A DNA stretch of 30,499 bases. Source: Amoeboaphelidium occidentale (lineage: Eukaryota). The stretch lies in contig JALGPX010000028.1 in the NCBI GenBank assembly GCA_023515795.1, forward strand, positions 62,001-92,499, written 5' to 3'. Each line of letters begins with the position of its first letter. Positions within the stretch are counted from its first letter, which is position 1. The position numbers and the translations under genes are program-made. Below the pieces are notes generated by a model. It ran no database searches, was not told the DNA's origin, and saw only the letters and a program-made list of their open reading frames with translations. This document shows, one piece after another, positions 10,272 to 22,738 of the stretch.

Positions 10272-13200
10272 ATGGAAAATGATCTTGATGGCGACATTAG
10301 CGCCTTGCGCAGCCGCATGTTCCCAGATGACCACAATGGGTACGACACTTCGACTCACAGTTTAGCGACCCGGTCAATTACGGAGACCTATTCCGATGAT
10401 GGTTCATTCGCTAGTGCAGCGTCGAGGTTGGACAGCAATGCCGATGATTTCAGTTCTGATGCAGGAAAGGATTCCACAGAGAGATCTGCTACGTTGGATG
10501 GAGCTAGTACCAGCAACTATGACGACATACTTGACAAGATGGATAGGGATCTATTAGTGGAGAAGACTGAGGACGATGATACTACAAATCGAAATCAGAC
10601 CTCTAAGCAAAGGCCATCTCTGAAGATTGATACTAAAAGCGACTCAGGGGGATCTCTTAAATCGCCATTGACGCCGATATTGGATAACGAGGTTGATACT
10701 GCGTCTTTACAGCGATTTCGGTTATGGGCGATTGGGATTGTGTTACTGGACTTTGATCTTGATGTTGGCCAGACCATTGAATATTCTTATCCGCCAGGCT
10801 TAGGATTAGATGAGACTGAGAAGTCTAACATGTAAGAATGCGTTTTACGGGTTTTTATTTATGATTATCATTTAGACGGTTTTCTAGCTTTCCTGATTCA
10901 TCTTCTAGCACGGGAGATACTCTCTTTAGTTTTCGATGTCCATCTTCATCATGGACGAGAAGCGTTTCCTCAGAAGCAACATGTTTGTCCTATTCATCCG
11001 ATGAATACCTCTACGGTTACGTGTTCTTCCGACAAACCAAAGACTCTACTTATCGAAGAGGTTACATGCAAAAATCTTTGGTTATTCTATCTATTCATCC
11101 ATATCCTGGTCTTTTTCTCAGGCTTGCGGCATTAATGGGAAGATCTTACTTTGAACTTCACGAGTATTTAAGAAATTCTGATTTAAATCAGAGCTCAAGA
11201 ACGTCAGAACAACCCTTAGCCTCTGATGCTAGACAAATTCTCACAAATGCTTTCTATCAGATCGCTTCGTGGCCTCAGATTGAGCAAGGGAAAACGCTGG
11301 AACTCGTTTTTGATCATACAGGACTAATTGTCGAGATACCAGCAGCTCTTGGGTGTAGATCGCAATTATTGGAGAGCAGCGGCTTGGTTTTGAAATCTCT
11401 TCCTACATCTATTCCTAGAAGTCCGATAAGCCTTGCTCCTTCTTTTGATTCCAAAGAGCTTCAATTATTAAGGCGGGAACAAATACTTGCAAGTATTCCA
11501 TCATCAATTTTGCACACATGCGGTTTCCTGACGCACTCAGAACATGAAGACTCTTTATACTTCAAACGAGAATCCTTAATGAATTTCCCGAATACTGATT
11601 ATCCTGGAAGTTCTCTTGGATGTTTCCTGCGATTTGCGGATTCCTTTGACAGTTTATGGACTTTATGGGAGTTAATGGTTCTTGGAGAGCCTTTAGTCGT
11701 ATTTGGTAGAAGTCAAGTTATTGTTAGTGAAACAATTTGGTGGCTTACGGAATTGATAAAGCCTTTACCATTTGGGGGAGATTTCAGACCATACTTTACA
11801 ATACAAGACATGGATTTCAGTAGACTTACAAAATTATTCGCAGGAAAATCCAGGCTTAAAATCAGTTACGGTCATAATTTGTCGAGTTCACTATTTAAAA
11901 GTCCCATGAGCAGCGCCAGCTCCATTGGAGACAGCGACATGAAGTTGGTCTCTGGCATCTCTATCTATAAGAATGATCATTCTCGTTCTCTTTCTTCATC
12001 TAGTTTGAAACTAGGAGATTCGTTCAGAAAGAATGGTATACTTTATATTTTTTGAATTAATGATTTAGTGGAATCACCACAGGGGACTGCTTTTGAGAAC
12101 GAGGTTTCTCATGAGAACAAATTCATTCTTCTCGGAGTCACAAACCCTTTCTTTATCAAAGCCTTAGAGGATTGGCCTCACAAGTTCTGTGTATCAAATG
12201 GGAGTTTATTTTCTCAACTGCCGTCTTTCGTCGGAAACTCAACAGCATCACCATCACCTTCGAGCACAAATGAAAAGTCAGATTCTCCGAAAGCTGTACG
12301 TCCTTCGATACGAAAAAAGGCATCATCAATGCATTTGAGTCCTGGCCTTACTTCTCACCACAAGCCTTACTTAATCAAAGACAAAACGTTCATTCAAACT
12401 CTGGATCATATCATGGCTCAAGCAGTCGGACATGAGCAATTCAAAGGAACACAAGAAGCTACAAAGACTCCAGATCCACGGAAAAGTTTCAAGTCTTTCA
12501 TATCCACAATATCATCTTCTATGAGCCCATCGAATGGTTCTTCTCCTAAACACAATATTGGTGCATCGGCGAAACCGCACAAGGGCTACGTCTTAAATGA
12601 ACTCATAAGGAGACACTTTGTTCAATTTACTGAACAATTTCTTAATCCGCTCAATAGGTACTTTGCTAGTCTAATACCGAGTCCCTCGTTACCATTCCTG
12701 AAGGAAAATTTGACTGCAAAACAAAGATCTGTTCATTCTCAAACTGGAGTGGAATTTTGTTATCCTCCATCTTTGCATGCTTTTAAGATCAGACCTTTCA
12801 ATTACGCTGCGTTTCTACTGCAGTTAAGCTCTAACGAGAATCCCAAGATCTCATTCAAGTCCACTGCAAAGATATCAGAGTTCTATGCAAGATTTCTTGA
12901 AAGCCCAAATTTCCATAGCTGGCTTAAAGACAAGAAGCTCGTTGCAGAGAGGCAGCTGAGGAAAGTGTATATCAGTCATTTATTAGGTCATAAATGTGGC
13001 GAAGATGAAACTGGAGATGATTTGGAGTTGTTATATTTCTATTTGTGCATCAGGAGAGAATTGTTTTGGCTTCGTGGTAAAACATTTCCATTTGAGAAGT
13101 CAAACATATCAAAGCAGAACCAGAACAGATCTACCTCTCCAAGAGAAACTGTTTTATTAATTACGGATAATGAAGCAGCAATTTTTGAAGACAAGGCAAT

Positions 13201-13324
13201 TCAGATTTGGAAGCGCTTTAATCCAGAATTACAAAAAAGCTTCTCAGATGGTCTTTGGGACTCATTTTTAGATGCACAAGAGCCTCTTACCATAGAGGGA
13301 GACATTCTCGTTGTAAAACAGTAA
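10272..13324 (+). CDS. DENND6: DENND6/FAM116-family Rab GEF; exons 10272-10831, 10876-12035, 12069-13324
   Basis: DFDLDVGQTIEYSYP, FSSFPDS, YGYVFFRQTKDSTYRRGYMQKSLV, LWELMVLGEP, DFRPYFTIQD, ILLGVTNPFFIK and FYARFLESPNFHSW. Confidence 0.9.
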
Positions 13325-13403
13325 AGCGGTTTGCAAGCTATTGATTTTTGGCACGTGCGATTTTTGCTCGCTTTCGATTTCCTTCGTAAGGTGCCAATTA
13401 GTA

Positions 13404-14983
13404 ATGAATTTCACACTTCAGAGCGACACCGTGCAGAAGCGTGACGCAAAAATCGTGTCAAAGTATCTACACACGGCTTATCGTATTGATGAGGGCACGA
13501 AGCGCATTACACCAAAAACGACGCATTACCAGTTCGAAACGAACACAAAGATCCCAAAGACAGGGTAATTAGAAGTAACAGTCTTATCAGACTAAATTTT
13601 GGTAGGCTAATGATGGTCGGATGGGGTGGAAATAATGGGACTACGGTAACCGCTGGTATCTTGGCAAATCAAAGAAAACTTTTATGGCGCACCAAAGAAG
13701 GTGTTCAAACATCGAATTATTACGGTTCAATGGTCATGTCGTCTACAGTTAAGCTTGGCAACGATGAGCAGGGCCAAAGCGTTTATGTTCCGATATTTGA
13801 ATTAATGCCTTTTGTTCATCCGAATGATTTAGTTGTTGGAGGTTGGGATATCTGTGGAAACGATTTAGCCACTGCCATGGACGAGTCTAAAGTACTTGAG
13901 CCTGACTTAAAGAGACAAATCTACGACGATATGAAAAAAATGGTTCCTTTGCCGTCGATTTATTCGCCAAACTTTATCGCTGAAAATCAGGGCAGCAGAG
14001 CAAACAATTTGGTGAACGGTTCAAAAAGAGAACAATTAGAAAAAATTCGTTCTGATATTCGCGAGTTCAAAAGAACGAAAGGCGTCGATAAAGTTGTTGT
14101 TTTATGGACTGCTACAACTGAGCGATGGTCCATGGGCATGGGCAATACTGCTGATACAGCTGAAGGTCTCATGAAAGTTATTGATGAAAATAATGATGAA
14201 GTGTCTCCTTCAACCATTTTTGCTGTTGCGTCTATTTTAGAAGACTGTGTTTTTATAAATGGCTCTCCACAGAATACTTTGGTTAAAGGCGTTATGGACT
14301 TGGCATTGAAGCATGATGTATTCATTGCAGGCGATGACTTTAAAACAGGTCAAACGAAATTGAAGGCTGTAATGACAGATTATTTGCTATGTTCTGGACT
14401 CAAGCCTTTAGCGATTACAAGTTACAATCATCTTGGTAATAATGATGGAAAAAATCTATCTGCTCCACTGCAGTTTAGATCTAAAGAGATTTCAAAAACT
14501 AATTTGGTTGATGATATGGTAAGTACAAATCGTGTTCTATTCGAGAAAGCGGAGAAGCCAGATCATACGGTTGTAATTAAGTACGTTCCAGCGGTTGGAG
14601 ATTCTAAGAGAGCCATGGATGAGTATTACAGTGAAATATTCATGGGAGGCAGAAACACAATCGCAATTCATAACACCTGCGAAGATTCATTGCTGGCCGC
14701 ACCAATTATTATTGACCTTGTTATTGTCGCAGAGTTGATGACAAGGATCAAATTCCTTGTATCTGGAAATGATCTCCCTCTGCAAACGTCAGGATTTAAG
14801 CGTTTATACCCTATCCTTTCATCGCTGGCTTTTTTCTTAAAAGCGCCTCAAGGTCCTGAAGGCTTAATGTTGAATCAGTCATTGTTTCATCAACGCAGTG
14901 TTTTGGAAAATTTCTTTAAGGCATGTGTAGGAATTTATGGCGGGGATTTTGACGTTGAGCTTATAACAGGAAACAATTCATAA
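13404..14983 (+). CDS. INO1: Myo-inositol-1-phosphate synthase; exons 13404-13564, 13606-14983
   Basis: GWGGNNG, LWTATTER, NGSPQNT and SYNHLGNNDG motifs. Intron 13565-13605. Confidence 0.97.
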
Positions 14984-15003
14984 AACTTTCATATATTAAA
15001 ATT

Positions 15004-17050
15004 TTAATCATTTTTGTTCTCAAGCTGCACAGGTTCTGTTCTGTCATTAACAAAAAATACTCTAGATTCTCGTGAGCCATTGTTTGAAATTTTGAAGTGA
15101 TTTCGTTTAGGGATCAAAAATGAGCTTCCTCTAGGCATAATAACTGTAGTTTCGTTGATTGTCACTTCAATTTCTCCAGAGAGAACATAACAAACAGTAG
15201 TGATATTTCCACTATTGCGAATCGGCTTCTCTGAGCCTTTTGGAAACGACATCATTCCAGCGCAAAGATTAGGGTTGAATGGATCAGCTAACAATTTAGC
15301 CAGCTTAAAAGTGCCATGTTTTGATTCTTTAAACTTTGGCTCGACAGGAGGATGGATAATATCTAGAATGAGTGAATAACTTGCCTACAAAATACCTTCA
15401 TCAACAAGTTCCTCAGTAAAAGGATCAACTACTGTAACTACAGGGTCGATTTCAACTTTGTATCCACTTCTGCTCTTCTTGCTCTTTGAACGCTTCTTCT
15501 CTTCATCCGGAACTCTAACAATTTCTTGAATAACAGGTACAGGGAAATTTCCTAAATGTCTCAGCAGAGTAAAAAAGCGTTACCTGATTTTCTGCGCCCA
15601 AATTTCACATGCTCATTGCGCCAATATTCAAGCGGCTTGTACCGCATTCTCGCACTTCTCTTCACCTTTTGCCCGTCTTCCGTCTCCTCTTCACGAAGAC
15701 CGCCTTTCTGATAGATTTTCACTACACATTAGATATCAATTTGCATAATTATACATTCAAGCTGAGGATTTTTTGTCTTCTTTCGATGATTATTTGGCTT
15801 GGCTGGTTGCTCTTCTGTATCACTTTGCGTGAGTTGAACAGTTGGACGACGGGATTTCTTCTTTGTAGAAATAACAGGTTCACTGTCATATTCCTCATCT
15901 GCTGGATAATTAGGCTCATCCAACATACTTGACATGCGATCTGGAGCCTCTGGAATAGACATAAGCTCATGATAACGATGGCTAGTATGATTTGATGTAG
16001 CATCAGCCATTCCATCATCATAGTTACTGTTGGCGCCATCAACAACCATGGGAGCATAATCTGATTTAACTCCACGTATAGACGTATTTTCATTGAATTT
16101 TTCAGAGGCAGCAGTCACAAGGCCTGATTTTGTCGATGGTACTCCAACAGATGCAATGTCCATAGAATTTCCATACGTTTCTTGTCTTGAAATATCATCA
16201 AAACGAGAAGATTTTGCCTCAGAGCGCATTGAAACATCATCATAGGTAATTTCGACCTCAGGATTTTCTGGGTAAACAGATCCCAGTGATTTGTTATCAG
16301 TCTCCAAAACGCTATCCTTGCGTGAAGCGTAAGCTGAGACATCATCAAAAGTTCCAAGACTGAATTTCTTTGTTCCGACGGAAAGATTATTTGAATCTCT
16401 GCGAAACACATAGTCAAAGCTGCTTTCATTCGCAGCTGAAACATCGTTTGTTGACCCTGCACTGCTTGATGTCACCGAACCAGACATGCTAACTCTTGAG
16501 CCTGTACTAGATTTTCTTCTAGGAACTCTCGTTACAGTTGTGGCAGGCCTTTTTACAGATATCTCGCTCTCGTCATCGCCTGTATCGCTTGAAGGCAATT
16601 GCCATGATATTGACTTTCTCTTTGAAACAGGAGGACCAACTATCGACCTGGCCATCCTATTAGGAGCAACCATCTTATCAACATCAATAGCATCTTTAAA
16701 ATTGAGTTACAGTAAACTCCAAGCATTACCTTCTTCCAGATCACTCTCATACGCCAGCCTTCTGTTAATGAATGGATTTCTGGAGAAGATGTGCCCTCTT
16801 GCCTTATCAAAAGCTAAAGTAGTAGGCAAGGGCTTCAAAACAATCGGCGCATTAGTAAAAGCAACTTGATTCTCCACATCAGACACATCCGAACCAGAGG
16901 AAGCAAACCAATCTTCAAGACTTGTTTCAGCTCCCAGTTTATTCACATTTACTCCTGTTTTACTAAAGATCATTACAATTATCACTCTGAAACTTACCGC
17001 CCAGTAATACCAGGCAGAAGCACTTTGGAATTTGTTTGTTTCGTCGACAT
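15004..17050 (-). CDS. MIF2: Inner kinetochore protein CENP-C/Mif2; introns 16997-16963, 16729-16694, 15754-15722, 15583-15552, 15395-15363
   Basis: N-terminal GITGRKTG...LEDWF, CENP-C motif KRSARMRYKPLEYWRNE, and a C-terminal cupin (CYVLSGEIEVTINETTVIMPRGSSFLIPKRNHFKISN). Confidence 0.9.
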
Positions 17051-17128
17051 GCTTTTGCTCTTTGATTGAAAACAAGGCTGAGAGGCTGGAACAAGTCGCA
17101 TTAAACTTAAATTTATTGCGCAGAGCAC

Positions 17129-17763
17129 TCAGCGTGATGATCTCGAGGAAAGCTGCTGCTCAATGAGATCATTTGCCCAGATGTTAAAGGCAGAGTGAAT
17201 ACTCCCACAGAAGAACATGATATCTTCAACATTCTGACCCAAACCAGCGTCAATAACATTCAATTCGTCCAGTTTCACCTTCATAAAGTTGCCGAGAAAT
17301 AAATTAGACAGATAAGAACTTGCCATCTAAAACATTAAGGCTAAACTTTAATGGAAAAAAGTTACTTCTTCATCGTTGCTCAGTACCAAGATGGCCTGTT
17401 CGCTCGCGAGAAGTTGCACAATAACGCACTTATCATTACTTGGCTCAAACTTTCTAATAAAAACAGAATTTCCCTTTAACTGTTAATATTCTTTAAGAAC
17501 CAGCTGTAACTTACAGAGAAGCGAAATCTATCCAGCAAAGGATTCCAAGCTTGGCCCATCAACCATTCCACGTTTACATCCAAAGGGAACATTTTAGGTT
17601 TACATTTAATTCTGAACACTTGAGAAGAGACTTGGCTTTCTATTTTTGTTGCCGCATTCGTATTCTTTGGGAACCTAAAGTGGCTCAGCGGGATGTGCTT
17701 TGCGCCGTTTCCTATAGGTGCAGCTGTTTGAGAGCGGTGATCTTGCAACATTGAAACAGTCAT
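17129..17763 (-). CDS. Hypothetical protein of about 185 aa; exons 17763-17515, 17479-17366, 17326-17129
   Basis: Two consensus introns (GTAAGT..CAG, 35 nt; GTAACT..TAG, 39 nt) join three open exons in one frame. No motif recognised and the start is uncertain. Confidence 0.6.
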
Positions 17764-17876
17764 TCTGTGGATAAGACATCTACAAGATGATAATTCCGAT
17801 AAGAACTTTATATCCTAAAGAGGTTCCACAGGAGATGTTATGTGACCTCACAGAGTCTTAATAGTTTTTTTGTGAC

Positions 17877-18281
17877 ATGATCTTGCAACGATTTAGTACA
17901 GGATTGTTCAGACTCTCCGCAGCGTACCAACGACCAAATTTTACTTTTACTCGTGGCATTAAATACGTTCATAGAGATTTTATGCCTGTTGGCTCAATAC
18001 CATCAAAGCCTAAAGCGTATCCTTTTGGGTACAACAAGATTCACGATAGTTTGCCCAAAAGACTAACACGCGCCGAGGAAGTAAAACAGGACGTGAAGGA
18101 TCGTTGGCTACCTGCTGCACGCGGAAATTTAAAGAGAATGCGGTCAAACTTCAGGCTGAAGAGGAGCGGTAAGACAAGTAGACAAGAAAGCAGATTGAGA
18201 AAGCCTGTCTATGCAACAAGAACTCAATTGAGAAAGCTCAAGAAGATTGTCGGTAATTACGTCAGAAAGGTACGGAAATGA
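17877..18281 (+). CDS. Probable mitochondrial ribosomal protein bL35m
   Basis: Arg-rich, acid-free presequence. The basic C-terminal half VKDRWLPAARGNLKRMRS...KTSRQESRLRKPVYATRTQLRKLKKIV has bL35-like spacing. Confidence 0.65.
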   Translation: MILQRFSTGLFRLSAAYQRPNFTFTRGIKYVHRDFMPVGSIPSKPKAYPFGYNKIHDSLPKRLTRAEEVKQDVKDRWLPAARGNLKRMRSNFRLKRSGKTSRQESRLRKPVYATRTQLRKLKKIVGNYVRKVRK

Positions 18282-18300
18282 TAATAAATTTCTTTTGCAT

Positions 18301-18813
18301 TTATTGGAGCAGCAATGAGCAGAATAATGCAACCAGAAGACCCATTGATGATGCTGTTTTTGAAGCATCTGATTTAACTGCGGATTTCGTTCCAAGAGGT
18401 CCCAAAGAGACCAAGTTTCCTGATAAAGGATTGTTAGATCCACTCAATTGTGCAGGACATTGTGTGAGAGACGCCTTAACTTCTCTTTGATCACCATTGT
18501 CACCGCATACGTGAGTAAACGTTTCAGGGGACATTTTTACGCTTCCTTCTGGTGCTTTTGAGTCTATACCATCGATCTTTAGGATAGCAGAGCCTTTCGG
18601 ACCTTCGACCTTGATGCAACTTCCTGGAACTAATTGGGATCCCGATTTAGGACTCCCAATTGAGCAAGTATCATATCTAACGTTACCTTCGAGCATACCA
18701 GAGCTTCTTTTGCGGATTTGTACGTGTGTCGCATCGTGATTTGAAGCTGAAACCAACGCAAGCAAAAGAATTGAAACAACACCAATAGCAGCGGAAAAGT
18801 TGTATGGCCTCAT
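18301..18813 (-). CDS. Secreted, probably GPI-anchored protein with a degenerate RlpA-like double-psi beta-barrel (expansin/loosenin-like)
   Basis: Signal peptide, GSCIKVEGPKGSAILKI...GSVKMSPETF, Ser/Thr/Gly linker and hydrophobic C-terminal tail. Confidence 0.65.
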   Translation of the reverse strand: MRPYNFSAAIGVVSILLLALVSASNHDATHVQIRKRSSGMLEGNVRYDTCSIGSPKSGSQLVPGSCIKVEGPKGSAILKIDGIDSKAPEGSVKMSPETFTHVCGDNGDQREVKASLTQCPAQLSGSNNPLSGNLVSLGPLGTKSAVKSDASKTASSMGLLVALFCSLLLQ

Positions 18814-18837
18814 TGTGTAAAGAAAATGAAGTTTAGT

Positions 18838-19318
18838 CTATTTGCCGTTATACGCGATTCTGACCAATTGCTTAATTCCATTGACCCATTGATACTGGGA
18901 CGGGTTGCTGGAGAATTGATTCGTAAGGATTTTGGAAATAACGGCTTGAATAACATCATGTTCCTTCTTACCAATTGCTGAAGAAAGTTCTGTCAGTATC
19001 TGACCGTCATCACCAGCATCCTGCGGTGATCTTGAGAGAACTGCTAAAAGAGGTCCGATTTTCTTCCTGGCGTCGTCTAACATGCGCTTTTGTTGAGAAG
19101 ATGCCTGAAGTTGAGTTAATTATCTGCTCTGAAAGATCTCTTACATTCTTTTCTACAATATCATCACATTCCTGCTGAAGTTGAGTAAGAGTTGTGAGTA
19201 TGAAGTTCCAATCGATGTTGGCATCAGCTTTATCGTTCTTCTTGCTGAATATATCTGCTGGAGGGTCATTCCATCCTGGAGGATAACTTTGAACAGTCGG
19301 GAACGGGTTCTGAGACAT
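18838..19318 (-). CDS. SRA1: SRA1 (SRAP)/Sec31 C-terminal domain protein; exons 19318-19145, 19104-18838
   Basis: PPGWNDPP motif, KRMLDDARKKIGPL and QWVNGIKQLV. 40-nt intron at 19144-19105. Confidence 0.8.
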
Positions 19319-19386
19319 TGAAAGAATTCAAAAATTGTAATCTATTTATAGATTTGTGCTCGCAACAAGAATTTAGGCCCCCACAT

Positions 19387-21473
19387 TCACTTCACTCTGA
19401 ACCAGCAATATTGAGCCCATCTAACATTTTGTTCTCTTTTGAAAAATAATGGAAGCCAAAAGGCCCGGTGAAGGCTAGGCGTAGACCGGTCTAAGAATGG
19501 AAGGCATTTGAAGCTCTTGACTTTTCGCTGCAAACCAGTTCGTTTCAACTCTTCTGCATCAATTGGTGAAAGATCGTGTGATACAAGCGTAATAAAAAAG
19601 TGGCACAAGGAAGGATCCTAGGGAATTAATATTAAATAGCAAGGCTTACCGAGTATCTGGACTTGTCTTCTTGGTTCTTGCTGTTGAATCCGTCGGCAGA
19701 AAGATATGTTCCAATTCTTTGCTGAATAAAATCTAAAACCCCATTCGTTGATGATGCTGATGGTGCCTCTTTATCGGAGGCATAGTATTTGGGTAATAAG
19801 CCTTTTGGACCACTTTCAACCCATAGTAACCTTGCTTTGTCATGTAGAAAGTAATGCGACGGAAACCGATACCATTCATCTCCTATACAAACATTGACAT
19901 TGTTCACAGAAGTCTGGTTTGTATGTATTTCTTTGAATAAGTCTTGGTAAAGGGATATGGAAGAGCCATAATGCAAATGAATTGCTGCTATTCGCATGAT
20001 AGACAAAGTCGTAAATCCAATGAAGAACAAAGTAGAGAATATCCGCGGCCACTTAGAAAACTAAAAAATTACTTGAAGACTTAAATGCTTACCTTCTTAT
20101 TTGCTGAATACTTCCGTGAAAGCCAAGTTCTTATAAAACTTATTGCTACTGAGGCGTTATAACATAATGATGGATATATGACGTATAGAAACCGTTCTTC
20201 CTTGTGAGGTTGTAAATTAAATACAATAAGCCAAAGATAAACAGGAACCAGTTGAACAGTAAGCAGCTGGTAAGGACGACCAGCGGATGATGCCAAGTAT
20301 GCAACATTCATGCAAGAAACAATATCATTGTATGCATACTTATATGAAAATGCAACCACGGCAGGAGCAATTAGTGCCATCACAAAAGCCACATTAAAAT
20401 TCAACGAAGCATTAACAATGTAATACCACCAAGGTTCAGTTCCATATAATTCACTTCCCCCTTCTTTCCCAAAAACGTTGTATTGCACAATATTCCAAGG
20501 AACGACGACCCACTTTTTATAAAACAAATAGTCTATACCCATTAAAGGAGTAAGAAGTATAAGAAGTGACAATAATGAAGATAAGATGACCATGCCAAAC
20601 CGCTGAAATGTTTCTGGAACGCACTTCTCAGCATTTTTACCGCCATTCCAACTTCTCAAGAAAACTTCTTCTAAAACAAGAGGGACTCCCACAATCCCTG
20701 AAAATGGCCAACCCCAAATCGCGCCGAAAGCCACACAGAGTATTGGCATGCCTATAGACAACCACGCAGCATGGAAATTCAAAGGAAGCCTTCCAAGATG
20801 ATAAGAGTGCATGAGACTCGTGAAGCACCACATAGTTGTGTACATGGCAAAAGTCGAAGGTAAAAATGCTACAGGTAAGTTGAAACAATCACGATAACTT
20901 ACCGACAGATGCTTGCCACATCCCAGGGCTAAGAATAAGAAGCCATAATAAGTACCAGCCTACCCTGGAACTCACTCTCTCCACAACCGCGCGGTAATAG
21001 TTCGCTTCGACGTATGCTGTTACAGCACACAAGCCCAATCTAACCAGATAGAATACAATCATTCGACGCCAGACATGTACGACACTTAAAGGGATAACTT
21101 CAAGAAACTTATCGAATATAAATGCAGGAAATCCATATAGCGTTAGATAGGCGTAACTCCGTATTGCATAATCTGGTGAGTATTCCCAAGTTTGCATTCC
21201 ATAGCCGTACTGTAAATAATGCAGAGGTTCCCAATAATTAAAAGTCTCGTCACAGTCCGATATAAAAGGCATAGATGTAGTCGTAATTGCTCGGAATAGA
21301 AATATGAGCCAAAAGGATGAACTTAGCGAAGGACAAAATCTGTCATGAACCAACACTGAATTCTTCTCGTAGTTTTGGGCCATATCACCGTCGCCGGAAG
21401 ATTTACTCTTTAAATCGGATGTATTCTCTATGGGCGCAGGTTCGAAGTTGGTTTTATTTTTTCTGCGAAACAT
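19387..21473 (-). CDS. ALG9: Alpha-1,2-mannosyltransferase ALG9 (GT22); introns 20902-20869, 20092-20061, 19649-19618
   Basis: ISDCDETFNYWEPLHYL, QTWEYSPDYAIRSY, AFLPSTFAM, GWPF, QPHKEERF and EWYRFPSHYFL. Confidence 0.95.
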
Positions 21474-21479
21474 GTTGGA

Positions 21480-22738
21480 CTAGAGATTTCTCGCTTCGTT
21501 GGAGACCAAGTTTTGCTGCTCTTCTGTTACTTGTCTCGGTAGCCCAGCCTCGAAAACATACTTAAAGAACGGAATGCTATCGATAAAGCTAACGAACTTT
21601 GTGATCATCGAATTCCAGCGTCCATCCCGTGATAAGTATCGATTCACATTCCAACCAGTAACATACAGATGAAACAACACGGCAGTCCAGACGAAGAAAT
21701 CAATACTCTGATCATAAGAAGAATCGTGGTGGAATCTTGATGCAGTCACAAGGACGACTAGTAACGTATTAATACCTGAGTCATAACATAATTCCATCAG
21801 CACTCGTTTACCTAGAGACACTTTACCTCGCCAAGCTCCATCCAAACAGAATACCAGACAAACAGCCAGATTGAGTGCCGCTATCACTTGTGCTTCTCCT
21901 TTTTGAGAAGAATCCCATAAGTTTATGAGGAGATATATGTAACTTAGTATTAACCTGGCTTTGTTCCGAGGCTGAGCTAACCATGACATAATATCTTGAT
22001 TTGGCATTACACGACCATCCTCGCGAACAACTAAATTTGGGAATATACCCTCGTCTTGCTCTATATTTTTTAAGTAAAAAAGAACATATCCAGAATACGC
22101 CAGATGTATGAACCATATCAGTGGAATCAGTATGCTTGTTACAAGTAATGATACATTATTAATGAAAGTCCACGGAGTGATTATCAGCAGAAGTGACCAG
22201 CAAAGGCTCGCAGTCGCTTCGAATACAAAGTGTGTCCATCTGTATGATTTTGCACTAATTCCAGATGAAGAATCATCAAGAACATGTGTTGCTATCAGAA
22301 TATACATGGAAAGTAAATGGCCCCAGAGCAAGGTAGCTGGTACATACCGATTCATATCAGTCAGCATTATTCCAAAAGTAAGTATTGTTAAAGCCACTAA
22401 TGATCATGAATCAATAGATTGTCGCAGCACTTACATTGAATAAATCTTCCAATAGTCTTTTCCCTCAGATGCTTTGGAATAACTTTACCTTCGAATTGAG
22501 GAGTCGAGAAGTATGTCTAAGAAAGCATAAGAGTATGATCATAGATCCAATGTACTTGTGTGAGCACTGGAACGTTGAGGGACTCATCATAGTTTGGTAA
22601 AGGTGTCAGAACTTCATGATATGCTGGGGCAAAGTCTCCTGCCAGTCGTCCCCAAGTGGAGGGACTCAGTGATGAACCAGTTGATGGAGATGACGAGAAT
22701 CTGGTAGATGTCCTTCTTGTTCTAACTCGATCACTCAT
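21480..22738 (-). CDS. Multi-pass membrane protein of unknown function, about 8 TM segments; exons 22738-22556, 22516-22435, 22396-21480
   Basis: Two GT-AG introns (39 and 38 nt) join the ORFs in frame. Ser-rich N-terminal tail followed by two hydrophobic blocks separated by a polar linker. Confidence 0.7.

Noticed and set aside
17841..17852. TGTGA-CC-TCACA palindrome and HomolD-like TGTGAC near bL35m
   Set aside because: It does not match the full TGTGACTG consensus and is too short to support alone.
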